Assembly (NCBI GenBank): GCA_964627855.1
Contig: CAZVLE010000047.1
Location: 29,929 to 93,928 of the forward strand
Direction: 5' to 3'
Length of the DNA: 64,000 nucleotides
DNA from: an uncultured Syntrophomonadaceae bacterium
Lineage (GTDB): Bacteria; Bacillota; Dethiobacteria; DTU022
Of this stretch, positions 9,776 through 19,029 are shown one piece after another. The stretch's first letter is position 1; the number at the start of each line of letters is the position of its first letter. A program made the translations under genes and the position numbers. The notes beneath the pieces were generated by a model. The model had not been told where the DNA came from, searched no databases, and saw only the letters and a program-made list of their open reading frames with translations.

Positions 9776-9846
9776 TTGACAAACGATCATCGAAAAGTTA
9801 TAATTTTGCTTAATATTATACATTAGTCCGCATAGTTATATTTTTG
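9776..9846 (+). promoter_or_regulatory. Promoter plus conserved leader/operator module, copy A
   Basis: TTGACA (9776-9781) is separated by 17 nt from TATAAT (9799-9804). This is followed by ATTATACAT-TA-GTCCGCAT-A-GTTATATTTTT, which aligns without gaps to 10541-10611. Confidence 0.5.
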
Positions 9847-9909
9847 GGGGCGATAAGCAAAAATAAATCGCTTTCTCAGTTAATAACAAAACAAAGGAGT
9901 AACAATAAC

Positions 9910-10185
9910 ATGTCATTTATGCTGGATAATGTTAAAAATGCTGTCGTATATGGAAAGGATAAAGAAATAACGCAGCACGTTGAAGAAGCATTAAATAATA
10001 ACATTCCACCCAAAATAATCATTGACGAGGGCTTAATTTCTGGAATGGGTATAATTGGAGCCAGGTTTAAAAATAGAGAGGTCTTCGTGCCGGATATTCT
10101 GATTGCTGCTCGCGCTATGCATTTAGGGATGTCTATTTTAAAGCCCATGATCAATCAAGGCCTTGATGAAAATAGTATGTCATAA
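9910..10185 (+). pseudogene. Truncated corrinoid protein: B12-binding N-terminal cap (helical bundle) domain only
   Basis: ATG 9910 lies after AAAGGAG. The translation ..IIDEGLISGMGIIGARFKNREVFVPDILIAARAMHLGMSILKP.. resembles the cap domain of MtaC/MtbC-type corrinoid proteins but stops (TAA 10183) before the Rossmann/DxHxxG part. The same frame continues with ..PIIGTVNGKYEY.., a possible degenerate remnant. Confidence 0.4.
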
Positions 10186-10540
10186 AAAGGGCTTGTCATC
10201 CAATCTTTGTTTTCTCCTATCATAGGGACAGTAAATGGTAAATATGAATACATTGACAGGGATGACAGCCAGGTAGCAGTGGAGTTAGATGGTATAATGA
10301 AAAAATATTTTAGGCAATAAACGATTATAATGCACCGGTTTATCCGGGGCAGTTGGAATGTTGATAACCAAGCCAGCATTGTCGAAATAATGGCTATGCT
10401 GGCTTTCATAATATAAAAATGCACAGGAAAAGAGCGGGCAAGCTGATTGTCGCTAAGTTCAAAAACAGAGCAATACTTAATAAATCGCAATTCAAGACAG
10501 ATAATTCCCGCTTAAGTGCGTTAGAGATGAAAAAATAACG

Positions 10541-10611
10541 TTGACGAATAAACATAGAAAAGTTATAATTCTCCTATACATTATACATAGGTCCGCATTG
10601 TTATATTTTTT
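10541..10611 (+). promoter_or_regulatory. Promoter plus conserved leader/operator module, copy B (upstream of moaD-like/aor)
   Basis: TTGACG (10541-10546) is separated by 17 nt from TATAAT (10564-10569). This is followed by ATTATACAT-AG-GTCCGCAT-T-GTTATATTTTT. Confidence 0.5.
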
Positions 10612-10746
10612 GTCAGGTTTATGACTATTTATAGCGATAGAGAATGAGCTTGCCGATGTTTAACTGAGGTATTACTCGAAAATATAAACACTTTACAAAT
10701 AATGCAGGGCCAGCTTTTAGATCATCTTTAAAAAGAAGGGTAAGAT

Positions 10747-11022
10747 ATGGCGGTTAAAGTAATATTCTATCCTCCTTATTGCGACTGGCTGGGGTATAAA
10801 TCAGCCGATGTTGAACTGCCTGCCGATCAAGTATCTGTAGAAAAATTTATCGCTCTGCTTCTACACAATTTCCCTCAACTGAACAAAAAATCAATTGCCT
10901 CTAATCAAGGTGATCTAGTGCCTCCCTTGCTAATAATGATCGATAGTAACGCCCTACAAAAAAATGACGCGATAAAAAGTGGCGACGAAATTAAAATACT
11001 CTATCCTCTGTGTGGAGGATAA
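10747..11022 (+). CDS. MoaD/ThiS-family small sulfur-carrier-like protein
   Basis: 91 aa ending in a C-terminal di-glycine (..YPLCGG*). An RBS (GAAGGG) precedes the ATG. It lies immediately upstream of AOR. Confidence 0.7.
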   Translation: MAVKVIFYPPYCDWLGYKSADVELPADQVSVEKFIALLLHNFPQLNKKSIASNQGDLVPPLLIMIDSNALQKNDAIKSGDEIKILYPLCGG

Positions 11023-11072
11023 AATCAGGAGTCTGATTGCTGAAAGTAAAAAGTTTGAGGAGGTAAAATAAA

Positions 11073-12911
11073 GTGAGCGGTTACATGGGTAAAATTTTAA
11101 GGATTGATTTATCAAAAAGAGAAGTGACATACCAAGAATTTGCTGAAGAAACATTGAAGAAATATATCGGAGGAAGTTGTCTGGGGGCAAAGATACTTTT
11201 AGATGAAACAGGGCCTGAAACAGATCCGTTAGGTCCAGATAACATCCTAATTTTTTTAACCGGGCCACTGGTTGGCACACGGGCAATTAATTTTGGCAGG
11301 TATCAGGTTGTTACAAAATCGCCTCTCACCGGCGCCTATGGAGAGGCTAACGCCGGTGGAAGCTGGGGTCCTGAATTAAAAAAAGCCGGTTTTGACGGAA
11401 TAATATTTAAAGGAAAAGCGGATAAACCGGTCTACCTCTGGATTGAGAATGGAAAAGTTGAAATTAATGATGCCTCTTCCCTGTGGGGTAAAGATACTTA
11501 TGAGGTCGACGCTATCTTGAAAGAGCAATTAGGCCCTAATATTGTTACCTGCAGCATAGGGCAGGCCGGCGAGAACCAGGTTAGAATAGCAGCTATTATG
11601 AATGACGGACGCCACGGCAGAACAGCAGCACGCTGTGGGGTTGGAGCTGTAATGGGCTCGAAAAATTTAAAAGCAATTGTGCTTAAAGGAGAACTTGAGG
11701 TTCCCGTTTTTAACCGTGATGAACTTGTCAAGTCGGTTAAAAAGTGGCCTACCTTGATCAGGGAGAGGTTACACGGTCTTGCTGAATATGGGACCTCAAC
11801 AGGGATGATGACTGTAGAAGAAATCGGGGATCTCCCTGTAAAGAACTGGAGTGCTGGTAGATTTGCCGGCGCTGAAAAAATATCCGGTCAGACAATGGCT
11901 AAAACAATCCTGAAAAAGAAATATTTTTGTTCTCAATGTGTTATCGGTTGTGGCAGAACGATCAAGCAAATCAAATCAGAATACGGGGAAATCGCTGAGG
12001 GCGGTGGACCGGAGTATGAAACACTGGGCATGATGGGAGCAAATTGCCTGATCGATGATCTTCATGCAATCGCCAGGGCAAACGAATTATGTAATCGCTA
12101 CGGATTAGATACTATTGCTACTGGAGCAGCAGTATCTTTTGCTATGGAGTGTTATGAAAACGGATTAATAAAAGAAGACCAAACAGGTGGCTTGGCTCTT
12201 GAGTGGGGCTCTACGAAAGCTTTGATTGACTTAATACCAAAAATTGCCTTCAAAGAAGATATTGGAGCAGCATTGAGTGAGGGGACGCGAATTGCTGCAG
12301 AAATCATTGGCCATAATGCTTCTGAATATACCGTTCAGGTAAGAGGTATGGAATTTCCCGCTCATGATCCTAGAGCTAAATTTAGTACTGCTTTGGCTTA
12401 TGCGACCAGCGCACGAGGCGCCTGCCACCTGAGCGCATTTTCTTATGAATTCGAAATGGGCGCTTCAATGCCTGAACTTGGTTATCCAGAAACACTGGAT
12501 CGTTTCACCAATGAAGGGAAAGGGGAACTCGTTGCAAAGTTCCAGGATTTGATGTCACTAATGGACTCTTTAACCGGCTGTAAATTTGTTGTTCTTGGTC
12601 TGGGTGATCAGGCCATTGAAACTATATTGCTGTGGCTCAACCTTGTAACAGGTTGGAATATGTCACAGAGCGAGTTACTTGAATGTGGAGCGAGGGCTGT
12701 GAATCTTAAGCGCTTATATAATGTTAAGTGCGGACAATCCAGAAAAGATGATATTCTTCCGCCAAAAATGATTAGCCAAAAAAGAGGCGAGGGAGGAGCA
12801 GCAGATTCATTGCCCCATCTTGGGGAAATGTTGAGTCAGTATTATGCATATCGAGGCTGGGATGAAACTGGAATACCAACAAAAGAAACATTGAAACAGT
12901 TAGACCTATAA
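11073..12911 (+). CDS. aor: Aldehyde:ferredoxin oxidoreductase (tungstopterin AOR family)
   Basis: 612 aa with the typical N-terminus GKILRIDLSKREV, an FeS motif CSQCVIGCGR and AFOR C-domain features. GTG 11073 lies 9 nt after GAGGAGG; ATG 11085 is the alternative start. Confidence 0.9.
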   Translation: MSGYMGKILRIDLSKREVTYQEFAEETLKKYIGGSCLGAKILLDETGPETDPLGPDNILIFLTGPLVGTRAINFGRYQVVTKSPLTGAYGEANAGGSWGPELKKAGFDGIIFKGKADKPVYLWIENGKVEINDASSLWGKDTYEVDAILKEQLGPNIVTCSIGQAGENQVRIAAIMNDGRHGRTAARCGVGAVMGSKNLKAIVLKGELEVPVFNRDELVKSVKKWPTLIRERLHGLAEYGTSTGMMTVEEIGDLPVKNWSAGRFAGAEKISGQTMAKTILKKKYFCSQCVIGCGRTIKQIKSEYGEIAEGGGPEYETLGMMGANCLIDDLHAIARANELCNRYGLDTIATGAAVSFAMECYENGLIKEDQTGGLALEWGSTKALIDLIPKIAFKEDIGAALSEGTRIAAEIIGHNASEYTVQVRGMEFPAHDPRAKFSTALAYATSARGACHLSAFSYEFEMGASMPELGYPETLDRFTNEGKGELVAKFQDLMSLMDSLTGCKFVVLGLGDQAIETILLWLNLVTGWNMSQSELLECGARAVNLKRLYNVKCGQSRKDDILPPKMISQKRGEGGAADSLPHLGEMLSQYYAYRGWDETGIPTKETLKQLDL

Positions 12912-12943
12912 GTGCCCATTTTTCATTCGTCTGGAGGCTATAA

Positions 12944-13966
12944 GTGAAAGCTTTAATAAAAAAAACAACTGAAGAAAAACTACACCTGGAAGAATTGCCT
13001 GAGCCAAAGGTTGGCCCGGGTCAGGTAAAAATCGAGGTTAAATTTGCAGGTATTTGTGGCACCGATTACCACATTCTCCATAATGAATACATGCATAACT
13101 TGCCTTTAGTTCCCGGCCATGAATTTTCTGGAATTATTTGTGAAACCGGCCTTGATGTAATTAACTACCAGGTAAATGACAGGGTTGTTGCGCTTACAAC
13201 ATACTACACCTGTGGTGTTTGTGAGTATTGTATTTCCGGTGTAAAAATGTTATGCAAGGAACGTCAATCCTTTGGGACCCATGTGAACGGAGCATTTGCT
13301 AAATACATTGTCTTAGATCAAAATCTGCTTTTTAAAATTCCTGACAATGTTAGTTTTGAAGAGGCGGTGCTGACAGAACCACTTGCATGCTGTGTTCGTG
13401 GTTTAATTGAAATGTCAAGAATACGCTCAACTGACTTTGTTCTTGTTTCAGGTCCGGGTACGATTGGACTTCTGGCTCAACAAATTGCCCAGATTGAAGG
13501 CGGCACTGTGCTTGTCTGTGGTTCTGATAAAGATTCCGACAGGTTAAACAAGGCAAAAGAATTAGGCGCTTATCAGACAATTAATGCTACTGATGATCTA
13601 TTTGCAACAGTGATGGAATTGACAGGAGGTGAAGGAGTTGATGTAGCTATTGAGTGCGCCGGAGTAGAAATATCGGCACAAAACTGTATAAAACTTCTTA
13701 AACCAGGGGGCAGCTATCACCAGATGGGTTTATTTGGCAAGCCTGTTAAATTCGATCTAGATGCATTGCTGCGTAAGGAAGCTATTTTAACAACTTCCTA
13801 TGCATCGACATATTCTTCTTTTAAAAAATCTCTCAGGCTGATGTCTTTAAACAAGGTCAGTATCAAACCGTTAATATCTGAAATTTTACCGATGACCAGC
13901 TGGGAAGAGGGGTTTCAAATTTTTGCAGATAAATCCGGTTATAAGGTGCTGCTTTACCCTATTTAA
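12944..13966 (+). CDS. Zn-dependent medium-chain alcohol/polyol dehydrogenase
   Basis: Motifs GICGTDYH and PGHEFSG, the structural-Zn Cys cluster CGVCEYCISGVKMLC, and a GxGxxG-like site (SGPGTIG). The GTG start follows GGAGG. Confidence 0.85.
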   Translation: MKALIKKTTEEKLHLEELPEPKVGPGQVKIEVKFAGICGTDYHILHNEYMHNLPLVPGHEFSGIICETGLDVINYQVNDRVVALTTYYTCGVCEYCISGVKMLCKERQSFGTHVNGAFAKYIVLDQNLLFKIPDNVSFEEAVLTEPLACCVRGLIEMSRIRSTDFVLVSGPGTIGLLAQQIAQIEGGTVLVCGSDKDSDRLNKAKELGAYQTINATDDLFATVMELTGGEGVDVAIECAGVEISAQNCIKLLKPGGSYHQMGLFGKPVKFDLDALLRKEAILTTSYASTYSSFKKSLRLMSLNKVSIKPLISEILPMTSWEEGFQIFADKSGYKVLLYPI

Positions 13967-14002
13967 CAAGCCTTACTTTACAGCATGATCCTGAACAGTT
14001 AA

Positions 14003-15022
14003 TTGAATGGCGGTGATGTGAGTATGAAAGATAATAATAACTTTAATAATAATGGTCCACTCCAGATCTTAAAGGGCATAGTTAACAAAAGAGAGTTTGG
14101 CATTTTTATACCGCTCGTAATTATTTTTATTGGTTCGGGCCTGGTTAATCCCCTTTTCTTCGGAACACAAAATATCACAAACATTTTTTTCCAAGCCTCT
14201 TTTATTTTCATCATCGGTGTTGCCATGACCTTTGTTTTGATATCTGCCGGCCTTGATCTTTCAGTGGGCTCTGTTTTAGGGCTGGGTGGAGTGATTGCCG
14301 GTCTCGCGTTACTGGCAGGACTGCCAATTTGGCTCAGCGTGATCATTGGGCTTCTTCTCGGTGTAGCTGTTGGCTTGTTTAACGGCTTTTTTATAGCCTT
14401 TTTTAAGATGCCTACTTTAATAGTTACTCTGGCAATGATGTATATAGCCAGAGGTATTTGTGAATATCTGACACGAGGCACGCCAGTATATCCTCTCCCG
14501 CTTGCTTTCAATCAAATTGGCCAGGGCAGACTGGCCTTAACAGCCGACTTTGGAATTCCATGGCCAATTATTATCGCTATTGTAGTTGGAATAATCGGTC
14601 ATGTCATCCTGGTCAAAACTGCATTTGGCCGGTCTGTTTTTGCCATCGGCGGCAACCTGGAAACAGCCAGATTGTCGGGGATAAATGTGAGAAAAGTTAC
14701 AATAATCATCTATGTTTTTAGTGCGGTCATGGCTTCCCTGGCCGGTGTAACAACTGCTGCAAGACTGGGTTCGGCTCTGTCAAATGCCGGCATGGGTATG
14801 GAACTCAATGTTATTGCTGCGGTTATTATCGGTGGAACATCAATGTTCGGTGGTGTTGGTTCGGTCCTGGGGACTGCTATTGGCGCATTGTTAATGACTA
14901 CAGTTACCAATGCCATGGCTATGCTGGCTATTTCAGTATTTCTACAAAAAGTAATTATCGGGGCAATTATTCTGTTGGCCGTGGGTATAGATTTGTATAA
15001 CCGGAAAAGAAGCGGTATTTAA
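14003..15022 (+). CDS. Sugar ABC transporter permease (CUT2 / RbsC-like)
   Basis: A polytopic hydrophobic protein with the typical RbsC-type pattern (..GLDLSVGS.., ..GGTSMFGG..). The start is TTG 14003 or ATG 14024. Confidence 0.88.
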   Translation: MNGGDVSMKDNNNFNNNGPLQILKGIVNKREFGIFIPLVIIFIGSGLVNPLFFGTQNITNIFFQASFIFIIGVAMTFVLISAGLDLSVGSVLGLGGVIAGLALLAGLPIWLSVIIGLLLGVAVGLFNGFFIAFFKMPTLIVTLAMMYIARGICEYLTRGTPVYPLPLAFNQIGQGRLALTADFGIPWPIIIAIVVGIIGHVILVKTAFGRSVFAIGGNLETARLSGINVRKVTIIIYVFSAVMASLAGVTTAARLGSALSNAGMGMELNVIAAVIIGGTSMFGGVGSVLGTAIGALLMTTVTNAMAMLAISVFLQKVIIGAIILLAVGIDLYNRKRSGI

Positions 15023-15028
15023 GCTTAT

Positions 15029-16603
15029 TTGCTTGATGGTGGTATGCAGATTATAAGGCAAGGTGAGGTATCAAATATTGTGACTGAGAAAAAAGTGCTT
15101 GAAATGAAGCATATTACTAAGAAGTTTTATGCCCTGACCGCTTTAAGTGATGTCAGTATTGATCTATATGAAGGGGAAGTTCTGGGAATTGTCGGAGAAA
15201 ACGGGGCCGGTAAATCGACTTTGATGAAGATACTTTCGGGTAGCTATCCAGCCAACTCATATGATGGTGAAGTAATCGTAAACGGCGAAACACAGCGTTT
15301 CTTTATAACCGCTGATGCTGAAAAGGCCGGCATAGAGATGATCTATCAGGAAATCAGCCTCATGAATGATTTGTCGGTTGCAGAAAATATTTTGCTCGGG
15401 CGTTTGCCGCAAAGCAGAATAAAAGGTTTTATTGACTGGGGTAAAGTTAACCAGGAAGCCAGAGAAGCCCTCTCTTACGTCGGACTTGAACTGGATATTA
15501 ACGAGATGGTACGTAAACTATCGACAAGCCAGATGCAGCTTCTGTCTATAGCCAAGGCTTTATATAGAAAACCAAAAATATTAGTTCTTGATGAACCCAC
15601 TTCTGCATTGACGGAGAGTGAGACTCACAGGTTAATGGAAATTATAGAAAGCATAAAGAAACAGGGTATTTCCTGTATTTATATTTCGCATAAACTTGAT
15701 GAAGTATTTAATTTGACCGATAGAATTATTGTTTTACGTGATGGCAATGTTATCTCAACCTATGAAAAACGTGACATCGTTCCGGATAAAGTAATTGAAG
15801 ATATGGTAGGACGAAAAGTGGAGAATAGGTACCCAAAAGTACATGTGAGTTTAGGGGAAGAGATTTTTCGGGTAGACAATTTAACCGTCCCTTCAAATGT
15901 CATTGAGAAAAATAGAATTGAGAATGTTTCTTTCATGGTCCGGAGCGGAGAGATACTCGGCCTGGGAGGATTGGTTGGTTCAGGAAGAAGTGAGCTGGTC
16001 AATGCTTTATTTGGAGGGATTAGAAAAACTTCCGGCGATATCTATATCGACAGTGAATTAGTTCAAATTGAAAAACCAGCCGATGCTATTGAGCATAGAA
16101 TCGGTTTATTGACTGAAGATAGAAGGGCATCCGGTTTTGTTGGTACCATGAATATCAGGGAAAATATTTCATTGGCCAGCCTCGAAAAAATCAGCAGTAA
16201 GGGATTTCTCAACAAAAAAGAAGAGGTCAGACTTACAGGAGAACAGTTTACTGCATTAAGAGTAAAAGCACCCGGGTTGGAAACCAGCATTCTGAACCTT
16301 TCAGGAGGTAATCAGCAAAAAGTTGTACTGGGTAAATGGTTAATGAGTGATGTCAGGATTCTTTTCCTAGATGAGCCAACCCGTGGGATCGATGTTGGAA
16401 CAAAGGTTGAACTCTACAACATAATGTTTAAACTGGCACAAAAAGGGGTTGCTATCGTCATGATTTCATCAGAACTGCCTGAGCTTATGGCTGTCTGCGA
16501 CAGGTTTATCGTCCTCTGCGAAGGTAGAGTAACCGGCCATTTTGAACACGAAGATATTACAGAAGAGCTTTTCATCAAGGCAGCTACGAATTATTTATGC
16601 TGA
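15029..16603 (+). CDS. Sugar ABC transporter ATP-binding protein, duplicated ABC domains (RbsA/MglA-like)
   Basis: Walker A GENGAGKST, a second degenerate P-loop GLVGSGRSE, the signature LSGGNQQK and Walker B ILFLDEPT. The start is uncertain (15029, 15044 or GTG 15080). Confidence 0.9.
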   Translation: MLDGGMQIIRQGEVSNIVTEKKVLEMKHITKKFYALTALSDVSIDLYEGEVLGIVGENGAGKSTLMKILSGSYPANSYDGEVIVNGETQRFFITADAEKAGIEMIYQEISLMNDLSVAENILLGRLPQSRIKGFIDWGKVNQEAREALSYVGLELDINEMVRKLSTSQMQLLSIAKALYRKPKILVLDEPTSALTESETHRLMEIIESIKKQGISCIYISHKLDEVFNLTDRIIVLRDGNVISTYEKRDIVPDKVIEDMVGRKVENRYPKVHVSLGEEIFRVDNLTVPSNVIEKNRIENVSFMVRSGEILGLGGLVGSGRSELVNALFGGIRKTSGDIYIDSELVQIEKPADAIEHRIGLLTEDRRASGFVGTMNIRENISLASLEKISSKGFLNKKEEVRLTGEQFTALRVKAPGLETSILNLSGGNQQKVVLGKWLMSDVRILFLDEPTRGIDVGTKVELYNIMFKLAQKGVAIVMISSELPELMAVCDRFIVLCEGRVTGHFEHEDITEELFIKAATNYLC

Positions 16604-16745
16604 AGTATTTTGTAAGAAAGTAATAATGCTAAGAAAATATGATGATCTTTTCTAAAACTGAAGAATCTATTGAAATTATTAGAGTGGATTACTGGAGTCT
16701 CTGTGCTCCTTAATCAAATATAAAACCTTTAGGAGGGTAATTTAA

Positions 16746-17762
16746 ATGAAGAAGTGGTTGATTATTGCGGTCCTGTTGCTTTCTGTAGCGCTTATCTTTT
16801 CTGCCTGCGCGACAGATAGCGGACCCGACCCCGATCCGGTGGAGCCCGAGACTGATGTTGATGTTGATGAAGGTGCCGTTGGAGAAGAAGAAATGATTGA
16901 ATTGACCTTTGTAACACCCCTGGTTGCTCACCCCGTATGGGATGTTGCCAGGGAAGGCTTTGAAGATGCCGCTCGTGATTTAAACTTCAAAGCTAATTAT
17001 GTTGGGCCACAGGGTATTGATCCGGCAGAGATGGTAAATCAAATTGAAATTGCTCTTGCTTCACAGGTCGATGGCATTATTACAATGCCTATTGCCCCGG
17101 AGGCAATGAGACCTGCATTTCAAAAGCTCGAAGAAGCCGGTATGCCTGTAGTATTTGTTGGTGCAGAAGATGACGAATCTACTGCGCTGGCTTTTATTGG
17201 CACAAACGAAGCAGAACTGGGCAGGCAGGGTGCGGAAGGCCTAATGGCCAAAATGGATGGAGAGCCCATAAAGGCCTATATCCAGCAGTCAACCATGGAT
17301 GCTTCCTTTGCCAACAATGCAAGAGATGGTTACTTAGCTGCGCTGGAAGACTATCCGGGTGGATTTGAATTGATTCTGAATGAACCAAACAACTCGGATA
17401 TGATGATTGCTATGGAAAGGTTACAGAATGCTTTTAATACCTATCCGGAGCTTAATGTTGTTATCGGAGTTGCCGGCGAAGTAGGTCCTGCTGCAGCCAA
17501 GGTCGTTAAAGAAATGGCTATTGAAGATCGCATTACAATCATTGCCATTGATGATGTTGCCGAAACCATGGACTTCGTCAAAGAGGGCGTAATCTATGGT
17601 ACCATGGCCCAAAATTTCTATATGATGGGTTACATGGGGGCACAGTTCCTGGTGGATTACATCAGGGAAGGTAAAGAACCTGAAAACTTCAAAAATGATT
17701 CCGGTAGTATTTTCGTAACCCTTGAGAACTTTGATACCTATGAAGAAACCTTAAAGAGGTAG
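16746..17762 (+). CDS. Periplasmic-type sugar-binding lipoprotein (ABC substrate-binding protein, PBP type I)
   Basis: A signal peptide with lipobox LIFSAC is followed by an acidic Pro/Asp linker and a ribose/galactose-binding-protein-like body. The RBS is TAGGAGGG. Confidence 0.85.
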   Translation: MKKWLIIAVLLLSVALIFSACATDSGPDPDPVEPETDVDVDEGAVGEEEMIELTFVTPLVAHPVWDVAREGFEDAARDLNFKANYVGPQGIDPAEMVNQIEIALASQVDGIITMPIAPEAMRPAFQKLEEAGMPVVFVGAEDDESTALAFIGTNEAELGRQGAEGLMAKMDGEPIKAYIQQSTMDASFANNARDGYLAALEDYPGGFELILNEPNNSDMMIAMERLQNAFNTYPELNVVIGVAGEVGPAAAKVVKEMAIEDRITIIAIDDVAETMDFVKEGVIYGTMAQNFYMMGYMGAQFLVDYIREGKEPENFKNDSGSIFVTLENFDTYEETLKR

Positions 17763-17831
17763 ATTGGCTAATTTCCTTCAGAGGTTTGTAGTAATCAGCT
17801 TTTAAAGGGTTATTAGTTGAAGACAGGGAGT

Positions 17832-17864
17832 GGTGATGCAGGCATTTCAAATGTTTGCATCACC
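17832..17864 (+). terminator. Stem-loop after the SBP gene (possible terminator or processing site)
   Basis: GGTGATGCA (17832-17840) pairs with TGCATCACC (17856-17864). The downstream tract is only moderately T-rich. Confidence 0.35.
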
Positions 17865-17925
17865 ATACTAATTCTCTCTGTATGTCGTATGCAATTGATT
17901 AAAATATCAACTGACAGGTGATCTT

Positions 17926-18993
17926 ATGGATTACTCATCCGCTAGAAACCATGGCTGCAGAATCACAGAATACAAACATCGGGGTCTGACCATCCTGACT
18001 ATGGAAAATGATCTTCTTAAAATATCGATCCTTGTTGATCGCGGTTCCGATATTATAGAACTGGCTTATAAACCTCTAGATCTTGATTTCATGTGGAAAG
18101 CACCCGGAGGTATAAGGCCGGCGGGTAGTTTTATTCCGACCAGTGCAAGCTCGCTCGGCAACTACCTTGATTATCTTTCTGGAGGCTGGCAGGAAATCTT
18201 ACCGGGTGGGGGACCTTTTCTTGCTTATGGAGCTGAAATCGGGCTCCATGGTGAAGTTTGTTTATTACCGTGGAGTTTTAGTATCGAGGAAGATACAGCG
18301 GAAAAGGTTTCTTTACGCTTAAACTGCAAAACGGTCAGGTTCCCATTTAGGTTGACAAAAATCATAACATTACAGCGTGGAAGTACCGTTGTAAATCTTG
18401 AAGAAAAACTTATTAATGAAAGCGACGAGAGCATTGAATTTTTATGGTCTCATCACCCGGCCTATGGGAAGCCGTTTTTGGATGGAAACTGCCGCATTGA
18501 TGTTCCGGCGAAAACTTTTCACACCAGTAATTTTTATAACTCACCTACAGCACTTTTTAATCCCGAACATCAGGGTAAATGGCCTTTAGATAAAGATAAA
18601 AATGAAATATTGGTTGACCTGAGTTTGGTGCCACCTCTTTCGGAACCAGTTTCTGATTTATATTATTTAAAAGACCTGGCCGAAGGATGGTATGCGATAA
18701 CAAATATAGATAAACAAATAGGGATAGGTTTTTCATGGGACCTGTCTGTTTTTCCATATTTAACTTACTGGCAGGTTTGTAATGGTAGTTATGGTTACCC
18801 CTGGTATGGGCGCACGTATAACATAGGTTTAGAATTATGGAACAGTTTTACTGATAAACTGGAAACGGCAAGAAATAATCAAACACTGCAAAGTATTGCT
18901 GGTGGTCAAACTATAAGTACAGAGATAAAGGTGATTATTTATTCTGACTTAGAGAAGGTTAACCGCATCTTACCAAATGGAGAAGTTTTATAA
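17926..18993 (+). CDS. Galactose-mutarotase-fold (aldose 1-epimerase-like / DUF4432-like) protein, paralog 1
   Basis: 355 aa containing GLHGE, an epimerase-like beta-sandwich pattern and WSHHP. It shares roughly half its residues with the next ORF. Confidence 0.6.
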   Translation: MDYSSARNHGCRITEYKHRGLTILTMENDLLKISILVDRGSDIIELAYKPLDLDFMWKAPGGIRPAGSFIPTSASSLGNYLDYLSGGWQEILPGGGPFLAYGAEIGLHGEVCLLPWSFSIEEDTAEKVSLRLNCKTVRFPFRLTKIITLQRGSTVVNLEEKLINESDESIEFLWSHHPAYGKPFLDGNCRIDVPAKTFHTSNFYNSPTALFNPEHQGKWPLDKDKNEILVDLSLVPPLSEPVSDLYYLKDLAEGWYAITNIDKQIGIGFSWDLSVFPYLTYWQVCNGSYGYPWYGRTYNIGLELWNSFTDKLETARNNQTLQSIAGGQTISTEIKVIIYSDLEKVNRILPNGEVL

Positions 18994-19029
18994 AAAGTTA
19001 TAATCCTAGACAAGGTGGGGGTACTTTAA

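Noticed and set aside
9844-9909. TTG 9844 as the start of the corrinoid-cap ORF (tracked 113-aa version).
   Set aside because: It lies inside the conserved leader with no SD. ATG 9910 has AAAGGAG upstream, and the cap-domain similarity only begins after it.
10155-10490. A 111-aa minus-strand ORF in the AT-rich spacer after the corrinoid relic.
   Set aside because: It has no RBS and no recognisable domain. Its composition is Ile/Phe/Ser-rich, typical of AT-rich non-coding DNA, and the region is better explained as decayed corrinoid-gene remnant plus promoter copy B.
10612-10746. A Moco/Wco riboswitch in the leader of the moaD-like/aor operon.
   Set aside because: I could not find the conserved Moco-motif stems or loops by eye, and the region is AT-rich with no convincing extended pairing. 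A covariance-model scan would be needed to revive this idea.
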